Shown: one piece after another, positions 1 through 12,849 of the stretch
Layout of the letters: each line of letters begins with the position of its first letter
How positions within the stretch are numbered: position 1 is the stretch's first letter
Source of the DNA: Pristiophorus japonicus
Lineage: Eukaryota
DNA: 64,000 bases
NCBI RefSeq assembly: GCF_044704955.1
Contig: NC_091984.1
Location: 144,708,001 to 144,772,000, forward strand
Direction: 5' to 3'
Program-made: the position numbers and the translations under genes
Notes under the pieces: model-generated
The model's input: only the letters and a program-made list of their open reading frames with translations
What the model was told of the DNA's origin: nothing
Database searches by the model: none

Positions 1-538
1 AAGCCATTTGGGACCATGTCCAAAATTGAGCATAAACACAGGATCATTGATCTCAATATCGCGTGACAAGTTTGCGAGGTCATGGTACACACTCTGTTGA
101 TGCCGCTTGTCCTCCACGTGATCATGTAGATCAGGGTGGACCAGAGAGAGCCTTGTTTTAAGCGCCCTTTTCATGAGCAGCTCGGCTGGGGGAATCCCTG
201 TGAGTGAGTGGGGTCTGGTGCAGTAGCTGAGCAGTACTCGGACAACCGGTTCGCAGGGAGCCTTCCGACACGTGTTTCAAGCTTTGCTTGATGGTCTGAA
301 CTGCCCGTTCTGCCTGGCCGTTGGATGCAGGCTTCAACGGCGGAGATGTGACATGTTTGATCCTGTTGCGGGTCATGAATTCTTTGAATACGGCACTAGT
401 GAAGCATGGCCCATTGTCGCTCACTAGGACATTGGGCAGGCCGTGCGTGGCAAACATAGCTCTTAGACTTTCAATGGTGGCTGTGGACGTGCTTCCAGAC
501 ATTACTGAACAATCAATCCATTTTGTGTAAGCATCCAC

Positions 539-3500
539 TGTCATATATGTAACCTTCATGTAACTGTAACCTTCATGTATTAACACTGCATACTATATAT
601 ACCTAAAAAATGTACACCTTGACCACAGGGGGTGAACTTGTGGGAGACACTCCTCATCTGGTCCTCCAGGTATATAAAGGGAGGTCCCATGCAGGGTCAT
701 CACTTCTTGGTCCTGTGAATAAAGGTTCAGGTCACAGAGTGACCTTGTCTGCAGAATGTACCTCATGTGAATTTATATTTGTGTGTAAGGACATTACATT
801 TGGCGAAGAGAAGCAGGAATCAACGACTCACGAGAATGGCCACCAGTAGCACAGAGAAACGGTACTGTGTTGGTAACGACTGGGATGATTTCATTGAGAG
901 GCTCCAGCAGAGCTTTGTCACAAAGGTCTGGCTGGGAGATGCAGCGGCTGACAAGCGAAGTGCGCATCTACTGACCAGCTGTGGACCTAAGACGTACGCG
1001 CTGATGAAAGACATGCTCGCACCCGAGAAGCCGGCGGACAAAACCTTTGAAGAGCTCAGCAAACTGATCAGTGAGCACCTCAAACTGGCGAGCAGTATAC
1101 ACATGGCCCAACACCGATTCTATACACACCGACGTTGGGAAGGACAGAGCATACTGGACTTCGTTGCAGACTTTCGGTGCTCGGCCAGCTTCTGTAAGTT
1201 CACAGACGCCTGCAGGAGGGAGATGTTAAGGGATTTCTTTATTGAGGACATTGGTCATGTCGGGATTTTTAGAAAGCTAATTGAGACCAAGGACTTGACC
1301 TTGGAAGTGGTGGCGTTCATGGCTCAGACCTTGGCAGGGGAAGAGGAAACCAGGACAATATACGCGCGCAACTCTGTTTCCAACGTGGCAATGGATCAGG
1401 GAGTTAACATTGTAAACGCGACTCAGAACCCCGCAGGCAGGCAAGGGCAATTCAACACCACTCAGGCAGCAACAGACTCGAGAGTGGGTCCTCAACAGAG
1501 ACAATGGCAGGTTGAATGGACATTTACGCCATCACGGTGGACAATGTGTCGCAGGATGGAGCCATTGACACACATGAACAGAGTGCTCAAGAGTAATCAA
1601 AGAGATAATCAGAGAGGAATGCCTGGCAACAGCCCTTTTGTTCACAACAATCTCAGCTCATAGAAACATAGAAACATAGAAAATAGGTGCAAGAGTAGGC
1701 CATTCGTCCCTTCTAGCCTGCACCGCCATTCAATGAGTTCATGGCTGAACATGCAACTTCAGTACCACATTCCTGCTTTCTCGCCATACCCCTTGATCCC
1801 CCTAGTAGTAAGGACTTCATCTAACTCCTTTTTGAATATATTTTGTGAATTGGCCTCAACAACTTTCTGGGGTAGAGAATTCCACAGGTTCACCACTCTC
1901 TGGGTGAAGAAGTTTCTCCTCATCTCGGTCCTAAATGGCTTACCCCTTATCCTTAGACTGTGACCCCTGGTTCTGGACTTCCCCAACATTGGGAACATTC
2001 TTCCTGCATCTAACCTGTCTAAACCCATCAGAATTTTAAACGTTCCTATGAGGTCCCCTCTCATTCTTCTGAACTCCAGTGAATACAAGCCCAGTTGATC
2101 TAGTCTTTCTTGATAGGTGAGTCCCGCCATCCCGTGTATCAGTCTGGTGAACCTTCGCTGCACTCCCTCAATAGCAAGAATGTCCTTCCTCAGGTTAAGA
2201 GACCAAAACTGGACACAATACTCCAGGTGTGGCCACACCAAGGCCCTGTACAACTGTAACAACACCTCCCTGCCCCTGTACTCAAATCCCCTCGCTATGA
2301 AGGCCAACATGTCATTTGCTTTCTTAACCGCCTGCTGTACCTGCATGCCAACCTTCAATGACTGATGTACCATAACACCCAGGTCTCCTTGCACCTCCCC
2401 TTTTCCTAATCTGTCACCTTTCAGATAATAGTCTGTCTCTCTGTTTTTACCACCAAAGTGGATAACCTCACATTTATCAACATTATACTTCATCTGCCAT
2501 GCATTTGCCCACTCACCTAACCTATCCAAGTCACTCTGCAGCCTCATAGCATCCTCCTCGCAGCTCACACTGCCACCCAACTTAGTATCATCTGCAAATT
2601 TGGAGATACTACATTTATTCCCCTCGTCTAAATCATTAATGTACAATGTAACCAGCTGGGGCCCCAGCACAGAACCTTGCGGTACCCCACTACTCACTGG
2701 AGGTGCGGGGGCAGACATGCTGCAAAAACCTGTAGGTTTCAACAATTTACCTGTAGAAACTGTAACTTCAGTGGACATTTCGCCAGAATGTGCAGGAAGC
2801 CTGCAGCGAGGCTAATTTACGAGGCAGATGAACCAGAAGAGGGGTCTGCAAGGCAGGTTGATGCTTGGGACAAAGCAATGGACGCTGAAGTTCAGCGAGT
2901 TCATGTGGCAAACATCCACAGCTCATATACCAAAACGCCAGCCATGATGATGAAAGTCCTATTAAACAACATCCCGGTACGCATGGAGCTGGACACAGGG
3001 GCCAGCCAGCCACTTAGGAGTGTCCAACAATTCGAGAAGTTATGGCCACCTCCGAACTAGCAGACCCAAACTAGAACGCATTGACACGCAATTACGGATG
3101 TACACCAAAGAGATCATCCCAGTGCGAGGCAGTGCAATGTTGCTGGTCACACATAATGGATCAGAGAACCAGCTGCCACTCTGGAAAATGGTCCCTGTCC
3201 TAATAAAGGATGGCTCGGTCAGAATCTGTGGCGACTATAAGGCCACTATCAACCGAGTGGTTCTACAAGATCAATACCAGGTTCCGAAAGCGGAGGAACT
3301 TTTTGCCACGCTGGCAGGCAGCAAGCTGTTCACCAAGTTGGACCTCACTTCAGTCTACATACCTTTGAACTGGCCAAACAATCCAAGCTACTGACAACCA
3401 TCACCACGCACAAGGGGCTGTTTGTCTACATTAGGTGTCCATTTGGCATTCGATCAGCAGCCGCTATCTTTCAAAGGAACATGGAAAGCCTGCTCAAATC

Positions 3501-5330
3501 CATCCCTGGAACAGTCGTATTTCATGACGACATCCTTATCACGAGTTGAGATACCGAGGAACACCTCCACAACCTGGAGGAGGTGCTACGCCGACTGGAC
3601 CGAGTAGGCCTGCGACTAAAGAAGTCCAAGTGTGTGTTTTTGGTCCCAGAGGTCGAGTTTTTGGGCAGGATGGTTGTCGCAGACCGGATCCGGCCTACCG
3701 AATCTAAAGCGGAGGCGATTCGTCGTGCGCCCAGGCCCGGCAACACATCGGAGTTACGTGCACTTCTGGGACTCTTGAACTATTTCGGGAACTTTCTGAC
3801 GACCTTAAGCACATTGTTGGAGCCGCGACACATGCTCCTGTGTAAGGGTTGCGATTGGTTTTGGGGGTCTGTCAGGAACGGGCTTTCAATCGGGCGCGGA
3901 ACCTGCTTTGTTCAAATAAGCTGTTGACACTGTACAAACCCTGTAAGAAATTGGATTTGACATGTGATGCACCATCCTATGGGGTTGGGTGCGTGTTGCA
4001 GCAGAGTAATGATGAGGGCCAACTCCAAGCTGTGGCTGATGCCTCCAGGTCACTCTCCCAAGCAGAACGGGGATATGGGATGGTTGAAAAGGAAGCACTC
4101 GCATGTGTCTACAGGGTGAAAAAGATGCACAATACCTTTTTGGCAGAAGTTAGAAATGGACCACAAGCCATTAACATCCCTGTTGTCAGACAACAAAGCT
4201 GTAAATGCCAATGTGTCAGCTCACATACAGCGATGGGCTCTCACGCTGGCTGAATATGACTACACCATACGGCACCGGCCAGACACCGAAAATTGCGCTG
4301 ACGCGCTCAGCAGGCTTCCACTGGCCACCACAGAGGGGGCAGCAGAGCAAAATGCTGAGATGGTCATGGCTGTCGATGCCTTTGACAGCGCAGGCTCCCC
4401 CATCACAGCCCGCCTGATCAAAATCTGGACCAACAGAGATCCCCTCCTATCCTTGATTAAGAAATGTGTCCTGCCTGGGGATTTGTCGCCCGCACACGGA
4501 GCATGCCCCGAGGAGGTCAGACCGTTTCACAGACAGATGGATGAGCTCTCCATCCAAGCCGACTACCTACTATGGGTAGTCATGCCCCAGAGGGGCAGGG
4601 AAGCATTCATCAGAGAACTGCACAACCATTGCCCGGTCACATATATGGTGGCCGGGAATTGACTCGGACCTGGAACACTGTGTTCACAGGTGCACGACGT
4701 ATACCCAGCTGGGCAATGCCCCCAGCGAGGCCCCACTCAGCCGTGGCCCTTGCCCACCAGGCCATGGTCACGTATTAACCTAGACTACGCGGGCTCATTC
4801 ATGGAAAAAATGTTCCTCATTGTTGTTCCTCAATGGATCGAGTGCATCATATTGAATTTGTGTACGACATCCACCACTGTGGAGAGCCTGCATGCGGTCT
4901 TAGCGATCCACGGCTTGCTGGACATTCTGGTTAGCGACAATGGCCCGTGTTTCGCTAGCTATGAATTCCGGGAGTTCATGTCGGCTAATGACATCAAACA
5001 TGTCAGGACAGCACCGTTCAAGCCGGCTTCCAATGGCCAGGCGGAACGTGCGGTCCAAATAATAAAACAAGGCATGCTCCAGATTCAAGGACCCTCCCTT
5101 CAATGCCACCTATCGTGCCTCCTGCTGGCCTATAAGTCCCGACCGCATTCGCTCACGGGAGTCCCGCCCATGGAACTACTCATGAAACGTACACTTAAAA
5201 CTCGGCTGTCCTTCATTCATCCAGTCCTGTCAGACATTGTTGAGGGCAAGCGCCAGGCCCAAAATGAGTGCCATGACCGTAACTCAAAGGGGAGATGTAT
5301 AGAAATCGATGACCCTGTATTTGTTCTTAA
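539..5330 (+). mobile_element. Gypsy/Ty3 LTR retrotransposon (element 2), 3'-truncated, inserted antisense into the integrase of element 1
   Basis: LTR 539-798 (TG...CA, TATATAAA, AATAAA), PBS TGGCGAAGAG at 801, gag ORF 767-1663, protease MELDTGAS, RT (ICGDYKATINR, FTKLDL), RNase H (TCDAPSYGVG), integrase 4690-5367; frameshifted. Confidence 0.9.
1662..2692 (-). mobile_element. CR1 LINE, 5'-truncated, inserted in gag of element 2
   Basis: ORF 1759-2778: [28 protein letters not shown]; TTTCTATG-type 3' tail at ~1662-1680. Confidence 0.93.
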
Positions 5331-5694
5331 ACTTAGTGGTGCCTCTCTGGGTGCATTGCTCAACTGAGAGCAAGTGTTGCATTGGCGTACACAAGACTCT
5401 AAATCTGAGTCGATGACTGGCCACCACACGTGGGATCTGGCTATGGCTTTCATCATTATGATGCCTGAGTGGGTGCTGTGTAGTTCCCCAATAAATGTGT
5501 CTCTGCTTTTCTTGGGCAATACCACAGGATTGCCCCACAAGAGACAGTCCGCCTGCAGGGACAGCTCATTTTTGCATCTATGGAATGGCTTAATCGCTTC
5601 CTGCATCTCCACTGGGACACTGGACCAGTTCCCATGGAGGACACAGTTTTTTTTACCAGGGCCAGTAAAGGATCCTGGCTCGTCCAGGTCCTGA

Positions 5695-6531
5695 CTAAGG
5701 TTTGGCTAAGGTTTGGCAGATGGAATACAATGTCGGAAAGTGTGAGGTCATGCACCTTGGGAAAAAAAACAGTAAAAGGGAATATTATTTGAACGGGGAG
5801 AAATTACAACATGCTGAGGTGCAGTGGGACCTGGGGGTCCTTGTGCATGAATCCCAAAAAGTTAGTTTTCAGGTGCAGCAGGTAATCAGGAAGGCGAATG
5901 GAATGTTGGCCTTCATTGCGAGAGGGATGGAGTACAATAGCAGGGAGGTCCTGCTGCAACTGTAGTGACCAACATGCAGTTTTGGTCACCTTACTTCAGG
6001 AAGGATATTCTCGCTTTGGAGGGTGTACAGAGACGATTCACTAGGCTGATTCCGGAGATGATGGGGTTACCTTATGATGATAGATTGAGTAGACTGGGTC
6101 TTTACTCGTTGGAGTTCAGAAGGATGAGGGGTGATCTTGTAGAAACATTTAAAAGAATGAAAGGGATTGACAAGATAGAGGCAGAGAGGTTGTTTCCACT
6201 GGTCGGGGAGACTAGAACTAGGGGGCACAGCCTCAAAATATGGGCCAATTTAAAACCGAGTTGAGAAGGAATTTCTTCTCCCAGAGGGTTGTGAATCTGT
6301 GGAATTCTCTGCCCAAGGAAGCAGTTGAGGCTAGCTCATTGAATGTACTCAAGTCACAGATAGATAGATTTTTAACCAATAAGGGAATTAAGGGTTATGG
6401 GGAGCGGACGGGTAAGTGGAGCTAAGTCCGCGGCCAGATCAGCCATGATCTTGTTGAATGGCGGAGCAGGCTCGAGGGGCTAGATGACCTACTCCTGTTC
6501 CTAATTCTTATGTTCTTATGTTCTTATGTTC
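5695..6531 (+). mobile_element. CR1 LINE 3' fragment
   Basis: WQMEYNVGKCEVMHLG, LYSLEFRRMRGDL; (TTCTTATG)n tail at 6505-6531. Confidence 0.9.
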
Positions 6532-9373
6532 TGATCTGGCGGGCCGTAATGGGGGATTTCTCATTCTCAAATGCCTCCATGACCATAAGCAAGTCCGCTG
6601 GCTGTGCCATTTCCACCCCAGTGGTGGGCAATGGTAGCCGACTGAGAGCATCTGTGCAGTTCTCTGTGCCCGGTCTGTGGCGAATTACATAGTTGCATGC
6701 CAACAGCATGAGCGCCCACCTTTTGATGCGGGCAGAGGCATTGGTATTTATCGTTTGCTCTCTGAGAATAGCGAAATGAGCGGCTTGTGATCTGTTTCAA
6801 GTTCGAAAGTCAGGCCAAGCAAGTACTGGTGCATTTTTTTTACAATGTAAACACTTGCCAGAGCCTCTTTTTCAATCATGCTGTAGGCCCCTTCGGCCTT
6901 GGACAAACTCCTAGATGCATATGCAACCGGTTGCAAAATCCCCAATTCATTAGCCTGTTGTAAAACACACCTGAACTTGTATGACAACGCATCGCAAGCT
7001 AACACTAGTCGTTTACATGGGTTATACAGGACAAGCAGTTTGTTAGAACACAGTAAATTTCTGGCTTTCTTAAAAGCAGCCTCTTGTGAATTCCCCCATA
7101 CCCAGTCGTCTCCCCTGCGCAGTAGCGCATGCAAGGGTTCTAGTAGGGTGCTTAACCCAGGTCGGAAATTACCGAAGTAGTTCAGGAGTCCCAGAAACGA
7201 CGGCAGTTCTGTGGTCACAGCGTGTTCTTGATGGCCTCCGTCTTGGCGTCGGTCGGTCTGATGCCATCTGCTGCGATCCTTCTTCCTAATAATTCGACCT
7301 CCTGTGCCAGGAATACACACTTTGAGCGTTTCAACCTGAGCCCCACGCGATCCAACCGACTAAGAACCTCATCCATAGTGCTCCATAGTGTCCCAACCTG
7401 TAACCAATATGTTGTCCTGGAAGACCAGTGTACAAGGAACCGACTTCAGCAGGCTTTCCATGTTTTGCTGGAAGATTGCTGCAGCCGACCGAATCCCGAA
7501 CGGGCACCGGTTCTAAATGAATAGACCTTTGTGCGAGTTGATGCAGGTGGGGCATTTTGAAGACTCCTCCAGCTCCTGCATCATGTAGGCCGAGGTCAGG
7601 TCCAGCTTGTGAACGTCTTCCCTCCAGCAAGGTCGCAAATAGGGCGTCTGCCTTGGGTAGCGAAAAACGGTTAATTGTTACTTTATAGTCACCGCAAATT
7701 CTAACTGTACTGTCCTCCTTGAGTATGGGAACAATCAGGCCGGCCCAGTGTTGAATCCCACCGGCACGATGATGCCCTCTCGTTACAGCCTGTCCAGCTC
7801 GATTTCCACTTTTTCACGCTTCATGTACGGTACCGCCTGAGCCTTGTGGTGGATCGGTCGCATACCAGGAACCAAATGGATCTGCACTTGCGTCCCCGAG
7901 AAACTTCCAATGCCTGGCTCGAATAACGATGAGAACTTGCTTAGAACCTGGGTACATGCGGTGTCATCAACTGACGAAAGCGCTCGGATGTCGTCCCAGT
8001 TCCAGCGGATTTTCCCCAGCCAGCTTCTGTTAAATAACGTGGGGCCATCCCCTGGCACAATCCATAGCGGGAGTTCGTGTACTGCTCCATCATAGGAGAC
8101 TTTGATTTCAGCACTGTCAATTACCGAGATTAGTTCCTTTGTATAAGTCCTTAACTTCGTGTGAATGGGGCTGAGCTTGGGCCTGTGTGCAATGGCTGCA
8201 GAACAATGGGACACTTCCAATGAATGTGCAGGTGAGCTACAAACCCTGCAAACCCTGCAAATTACCACGTTGCAGAGGAAGATCGGTCCACAGTGGAGCA
8301 GACGGATCTGCGTGCCTTCTTCCCCCACAGCCTGTCGAAGGCTGTTTTACTCATTATGGACTGACTTGCTCCCGTGTACCGCTCCATTGACACTGGAATA
8401 CCATTCAGTTCAACTTTCAACATTATTGGTGGGCATTGCATCATGAACGTGTGTACCCCATACACCTCTGCCTCCTCAGTATGAGTTTTCAATTCCATCT
8501 GATCCACTATGGATTGATCTTCCTCTGCAACGTGGTGGTTTGCAGGGTTTGCAGCTCGCCTGCACATTCATTGGAGGTGTCCCATTGTTCTGCAACCATT
8601 GCATGCATAGTGCTTAAAGCGGCATTGATGGGGCCGATGATCACCTCCACAGCACCAACGGGGTGTTAACTGCCTCGCATTAACAGATGATGACGGATTC
8701 TGGGTCAATTGAGGTCAGGCCACAGCAGCCAGTGTGTACATTCTGCCATGTACATTTCTGCTCAAAACCGACGTTACTTTATGCACAGTACTGGCCAAAA
8801 CTTCTTTGTTCTGCGAAATCTGCTTGGTGTTGTCGCTGGTGGACATAAATGCTTAGGCTATTGTTATGGCTTTATTCAGATTCGCAGTTTCTACAGTCAA
8901 CAAGCTTGCGAAAGATTGTCTCATGTCCAATGCCCAGTACAAAAAGTCTCTGAGCATTTGTTCTCGGAATGCCTCAAACTCACAATGTTCTGCAAGATGC
9001 CTTAGTTCGGTGAGGTAACTTGCCACTTCCTGGTCCGCCGATCGTTGACACGTGTAGAACCGATATCTCACCATCAAAAGGCTTTCCTTAGGATTTAGGT
9101 GCTCCCGGACCAGCGTACACAGTTCTTCATAGGATTTATCTGTTGGTTTAGCCGGGGCCAGGAGATTCTTCATGAGGCCACAGGTAGTGGCCCTACAGAC
9201 GGTTAGGAGGATCGCCCATCGTTTGGTCGCGTTCTTGTCCCCTTCCAGCTTGTTGGTAAGAAGTATTGGTCGAGTCTCTCCACAAAGTCCTCCCTATCAT
9301 CCCCCTGCGAGAACTTCTCCAGGATGCCAACTGTTCTTTGCATTTACGCGCGGTTCGTTATCTCGTCACCAAT

Positions 9374-9601
9374 TGTTATGCTCATAATAAATGCTCAGAC
9401 CGATTACTGTGTGTAATGAGCAAGTGTGACCTTAGCTCCTTTATTGTAGTTCCAGAGTGCAGATATCTCGTGGGTGGCCTACTTATATACTGTACTGCCA
9501 AGGGATGCTGGGATCCCTTGGGACTCCAACAGGGCAGGCAGGCCCTCTGGTGGGCAGGTGTGAAGCAGGTTACAATGTTAAAAGGGGTTAAATACATAAC
9601 A
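9374..9601 (-). repeat. 5' LTR of Gypsy element 1, followed by a degenerate tRNA-Ser-type PBS
   Basis: TGTTATG...CATAACA terminal inverted repeat; TGGTGACGAG follows on the minus strand at 9371-9362, just before gag. Confidence 0.8.
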
Positions 9602-9814
9602 ACAATGCTCCTGTGAAGCACTCGGGGAGTTTTACTGTGTTAAAGGTGCTGTATAAAAGTTGCTGTTGTTGTTTGTTCTGAGTTAGCTGTTCCAACTGAG
9701 GTCGGGATATGACTCACAGCTCAGACTGTGCGGCATCTAGTGATGCAATGTTGTATCGTGGGTTCAAGCCCCACTCCAGGGACCTGAGTGCAAAATAAAG
9801 ACATACACTACTGT

Positions 9815-9998
9815 GCAGTCCTGAGGGAGTGCTGCACTGTCAGAAGGGCAGTACTGAGGGAGTGCTGCATTGTCAGAGAGGCAGTACTGAGGGAGAGCTG
9901 CACCGTCCGAGGGGCAGTCCTGAGGGAGTGCTGCACTGTCGGAAGAGCAGTACTGAGGAAGTGCTGCACGTTCGGAGGGGCAGTACTGAGGGGTTGCC
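9815..9998 (+). repeat. SINE-derived 33-bp tandem repeat (~5-6 copies)
   Basis: Unit ~CAGTACTGAGGGAGTGCTGCACTGTCAGAGGGG, matching an internal segment of the SINE at 38915-39370; preceded by a B-box-like GGTTCAAGCCCC. Confidence 0.85.
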
Positions 9999-11131
9999 TG
10001 TAGGTGGTTCTCTCAGCCGTACCAAAAACGCACCTCCTTCTCCAAGTTCTGGACGATAGGGATTATATGGACAGATGAGACTCAGACACACGTTTTTCGG
10101 GTTCAACCGTATTGTGTTTAATAAGATTAACAACACCACTCATAAACAGTGCAAAACAGTACATCCCTGGCTTGTCCAATAAGCCCTGCCGTGCTAAGTT
10201 ACCACGGCTTAACAAAAGGACCCTCCCATGAAATAAACTAACACAGGACCACCTCCCCCAGCACTAAAGCCCTTGGGTTTGGTTGGGACTTACAATCACC
10301 CCCTCACACAGCTAAGTGGACTTGTGGATGTGTAGGCGCAGGCAATATGCTCACCCGGATTGCCCGTTGTCTTGCTTGCAGCTTCTTCCTGAACGTCTCA
10401 CTCCTGGGATTTTTCCTGGGCTTTTCTGGAGCTTTTACCGGAGCTTTTACCGGAGCTTTTTCCTGGGCTTTTTCCTGAGCTTCTTCCACCTGAGCTGGAG
10501 TTTGTTGCAAAGTGGCTCCTTATATCCCAAAAACCCATCAATTTTCCTCCCGCCAATACTGACCGATGAATTGACTCCAGTGATCTGTCTGGACCCCTCC
10601 TCCTCCCCCTCTCCCCGTGGCCTGGAGTGGTTCGTAGCCTTTGAAATCTTTGTGAAAAATGATGTTTTATTTTCCCGCTCCCAGGCCTTGCATCTGGAGA
10701 GACAATGGGTGCTGATTACTGGATGTCTGTCGTTTCCTGAGTTGATGGCCCCCATTAGCAGGTAATGGGTTTCGATCACAAACCGATCTTGCTTAACCGG
10801 CTTATCTCCTGGAAGACAATGGGCCGGCCATTTCCTGCCTTGCACCAGTTTGGGTTGGGACTGAGTCGTGACTGTGCTTTAATAATGCGAAGGCACAGTG
10901 TCTCTGAGTTACCTCTCGGGGTATTGTTCCCAGTAATCACTTTAGATGGTGATGACATCAATAGGCCTGGGTTCCCTGTTACCCAGCCTGTCAGTGTGAA
11001 ATGTCCGGTTGTATATGAATGCAGCTTAGTGCCACCCCACAAGCTCGCCAACAGTACAGTTCTTTCTTGGGGATTTGGATTTATGGAATTAAAATATTGT
11101 TGATAGAAATGGCCAGAAAGCTGGTTCTACA
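9999..11131 (-). repeat. 3' LTR (~1.13 kb) of retrovirus-like element A
   Basis: TGTAG...CTACA termini; polypurine tract AGGGGGA immediately upstream on the minus strand (11139-11133); paralog at 27547-28581. Confidence 0.85.
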
Positions 11132-11840
11132 ATCCCCCTGATGATATTTTGTCACCAAAACCAGAAATATCTCGAATTGCGTCGTCTTCTGCTGCGGGAG
11201 GTGCATTGTGGGTCCATAACTGATCAATTACACCCGGGCTCCCGTTTCTTCTGATTTCCTGATTAAGACAAACAGATACAGCACCACCGTTCTCTGAGCG
11301 CTTTTTCCCTCCACAGGTCGGGCTTTCGTTATTTACATATATATACAGTTCGTTCTGCATTATCGAGTGCCCCCAGTTAAAATCTCTCCTGTTGGGGCCT
11401 CTTGCGGCTCGCGGCCGGTGAGTCAGGAGGCATCCACGGTGCCCTAGGCCGTGGTATCCGACTGTTTCTCCTTACTACCCCGCCATCTGGGTCATCATCA
11501 TCGTCCTACACCATGGGAGGAAGACCCGCGTCCACCAGGCTCATTATCGTGCCCTGGTTTCTCTTTGCCTTTATCTTCCCCCCCTCGGGGTTAAACAACT
11601 TGCACTGGTTGATATGGCAGCATTTTGTATGTTTCGGGAGTCTGACTGCATATACCATGGGGCTGGCCTTATCTACGATGTTATAAGGCCCCATGTACAG
11701 TGGCTCGAATGCCCCCACTCGGGCACAGTTCCTGAACATTACCTGGTCTCCCACCTTCCACTCGTGGCTTCTCCGGGGCTCAAGTAGCAACCGATGTTTC
11801 CCGGTGCTGGTTCCCCAGGTTACTGGCTGCCTGCCAGTGA
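11132..11840 (-). mobile_element. Internal remnant of element A: integrase C-terminus and 3' untranslated region
   Basis: ORF 11506-11790 WKVGDQVMFRN..FEPLYMGPYNIVDK (GPY/F motif), clearly homologous to 14271-14564. Confidence 0.85.
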
Positions 11841-11913
11841 ATCTGTTTTAAAACATCAAACAGATTCTGGACCAACCTGTCCCGGTTTACCTCGCGGTCA
11901 TGAGCTCATGTGC

Positions 11914-12651
11914 TGCAAGGTGTTAAATTTCCACTCTCCTCTGATTCATAGACCTCGGGAATTACAGGAAGGACTCCACGTAATGCAAAGTTTAGGCTGA
12001 AACCCAACTGTTATTTTGTTACACAAAAAACAACGAAACATTACAGAACAAGACTTCTTAGAGATTGACCGAAGACATACAATCGCCCATCCAGCCAGTT
12101 GCTACTGTTGTCCATTGTCGGCTCGTGGAGCGAGGGAAGGTGTTGTGGCCCTGCTCCTGCTTCGTGGCTGTAGTTCATTGACCTGCTGGTCTGAGATGTT
12201 TCTTCGACCTGTTCTTCCTCTCTCTGAACCTTTGTTCTCAGCTCTTACAGATATATCCATTCGATTATACACATCTCCTGCTGGGTTGCCTTTCAGTTAA
12301 TGCAGCTGGATGAGTCTCGATGGCTGTGGTGATGGGTCTGGATCTGTTCGGACGGCCACAATTCACACATGGAATCGACGGGGCAAAAGATAACTCCTTA
12401 TCTTTTGTGCCCCGTTATCCAAGAATGCATGCCTTGTGGGATTCTTTGTTGTCCTGAGTTTTCGCAGACTTGGAGTCTCCAGAGGAAACTGGTTTTCCCC
12501 TCCGGCCAATGAATTCATGGGCTCCTCTGCTTGATTGTATCAAACCCTTTGTCTCGACATTAATCGGGTCTCACTCCTGACCCCAGAAATCACATTAATC
12601 AGTGATCAGTCATCACCTGCCCCAGGCTGGTGCTCTTTCTCCTTCCCTACA
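11914..12651 (-). repeat. 3' LTR of element B
   Basis: Starts TGTAGGG at 12651 after the env region; 11914-12110 aligns by eye with 20533-20740 (CACTCT.CTCTGATTC..GACCT, TTTAGGCT, AGACTTCT.AGAGA, CATACAAT.GCCC). Confidence 0.65.
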
Positions 12652-12849
12652 GTCCCAAAGGTTTTCTTTTAAGCCATTTTAGTCCATGGCCTCTTGCTGT
12701 GCCTCGATCATGAAACATATAACCCTTACACTTCCCCCTTTAATATCTCTTGTTATAAACTCAGAGACATTACTACAGGTGGCTTCTTCTTCTTTCCATT
12801 GAGCTCTTTTGGGTGTATTGCAGTCTTCAGTCAAATCTCCATTTACATA

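Larger units (their letters stand above)
1..9601 (-). mobile_element. Decayed Gypsy/Ty3 LTR retrotransposon (element 1), interrupted by a second Gypsy (539-5330) and a CR1 (5695-6531); 3' end lies outside the window
   Basis: Minus-strand fragments in order: gag (8853-9173), protease (MLKVELNGIPVSMERYTGAS), RT/RNase H (LACDALSY..PVAYASRSLS, 6748-7320), integrase (HSTHSGIIMMK..CNTC 5217-5612; VSDNGPCF..SNGQAERAV 158-586). Confidence 0.9.

Noticed and set aside
10447-10845. ORF shared with 27835-28314 as a possible LTR-encoded accessory gene
   Set aside because: Non-ATG start, different C-termini and no recognisable domain; sharing is explained by DNA-level duplication
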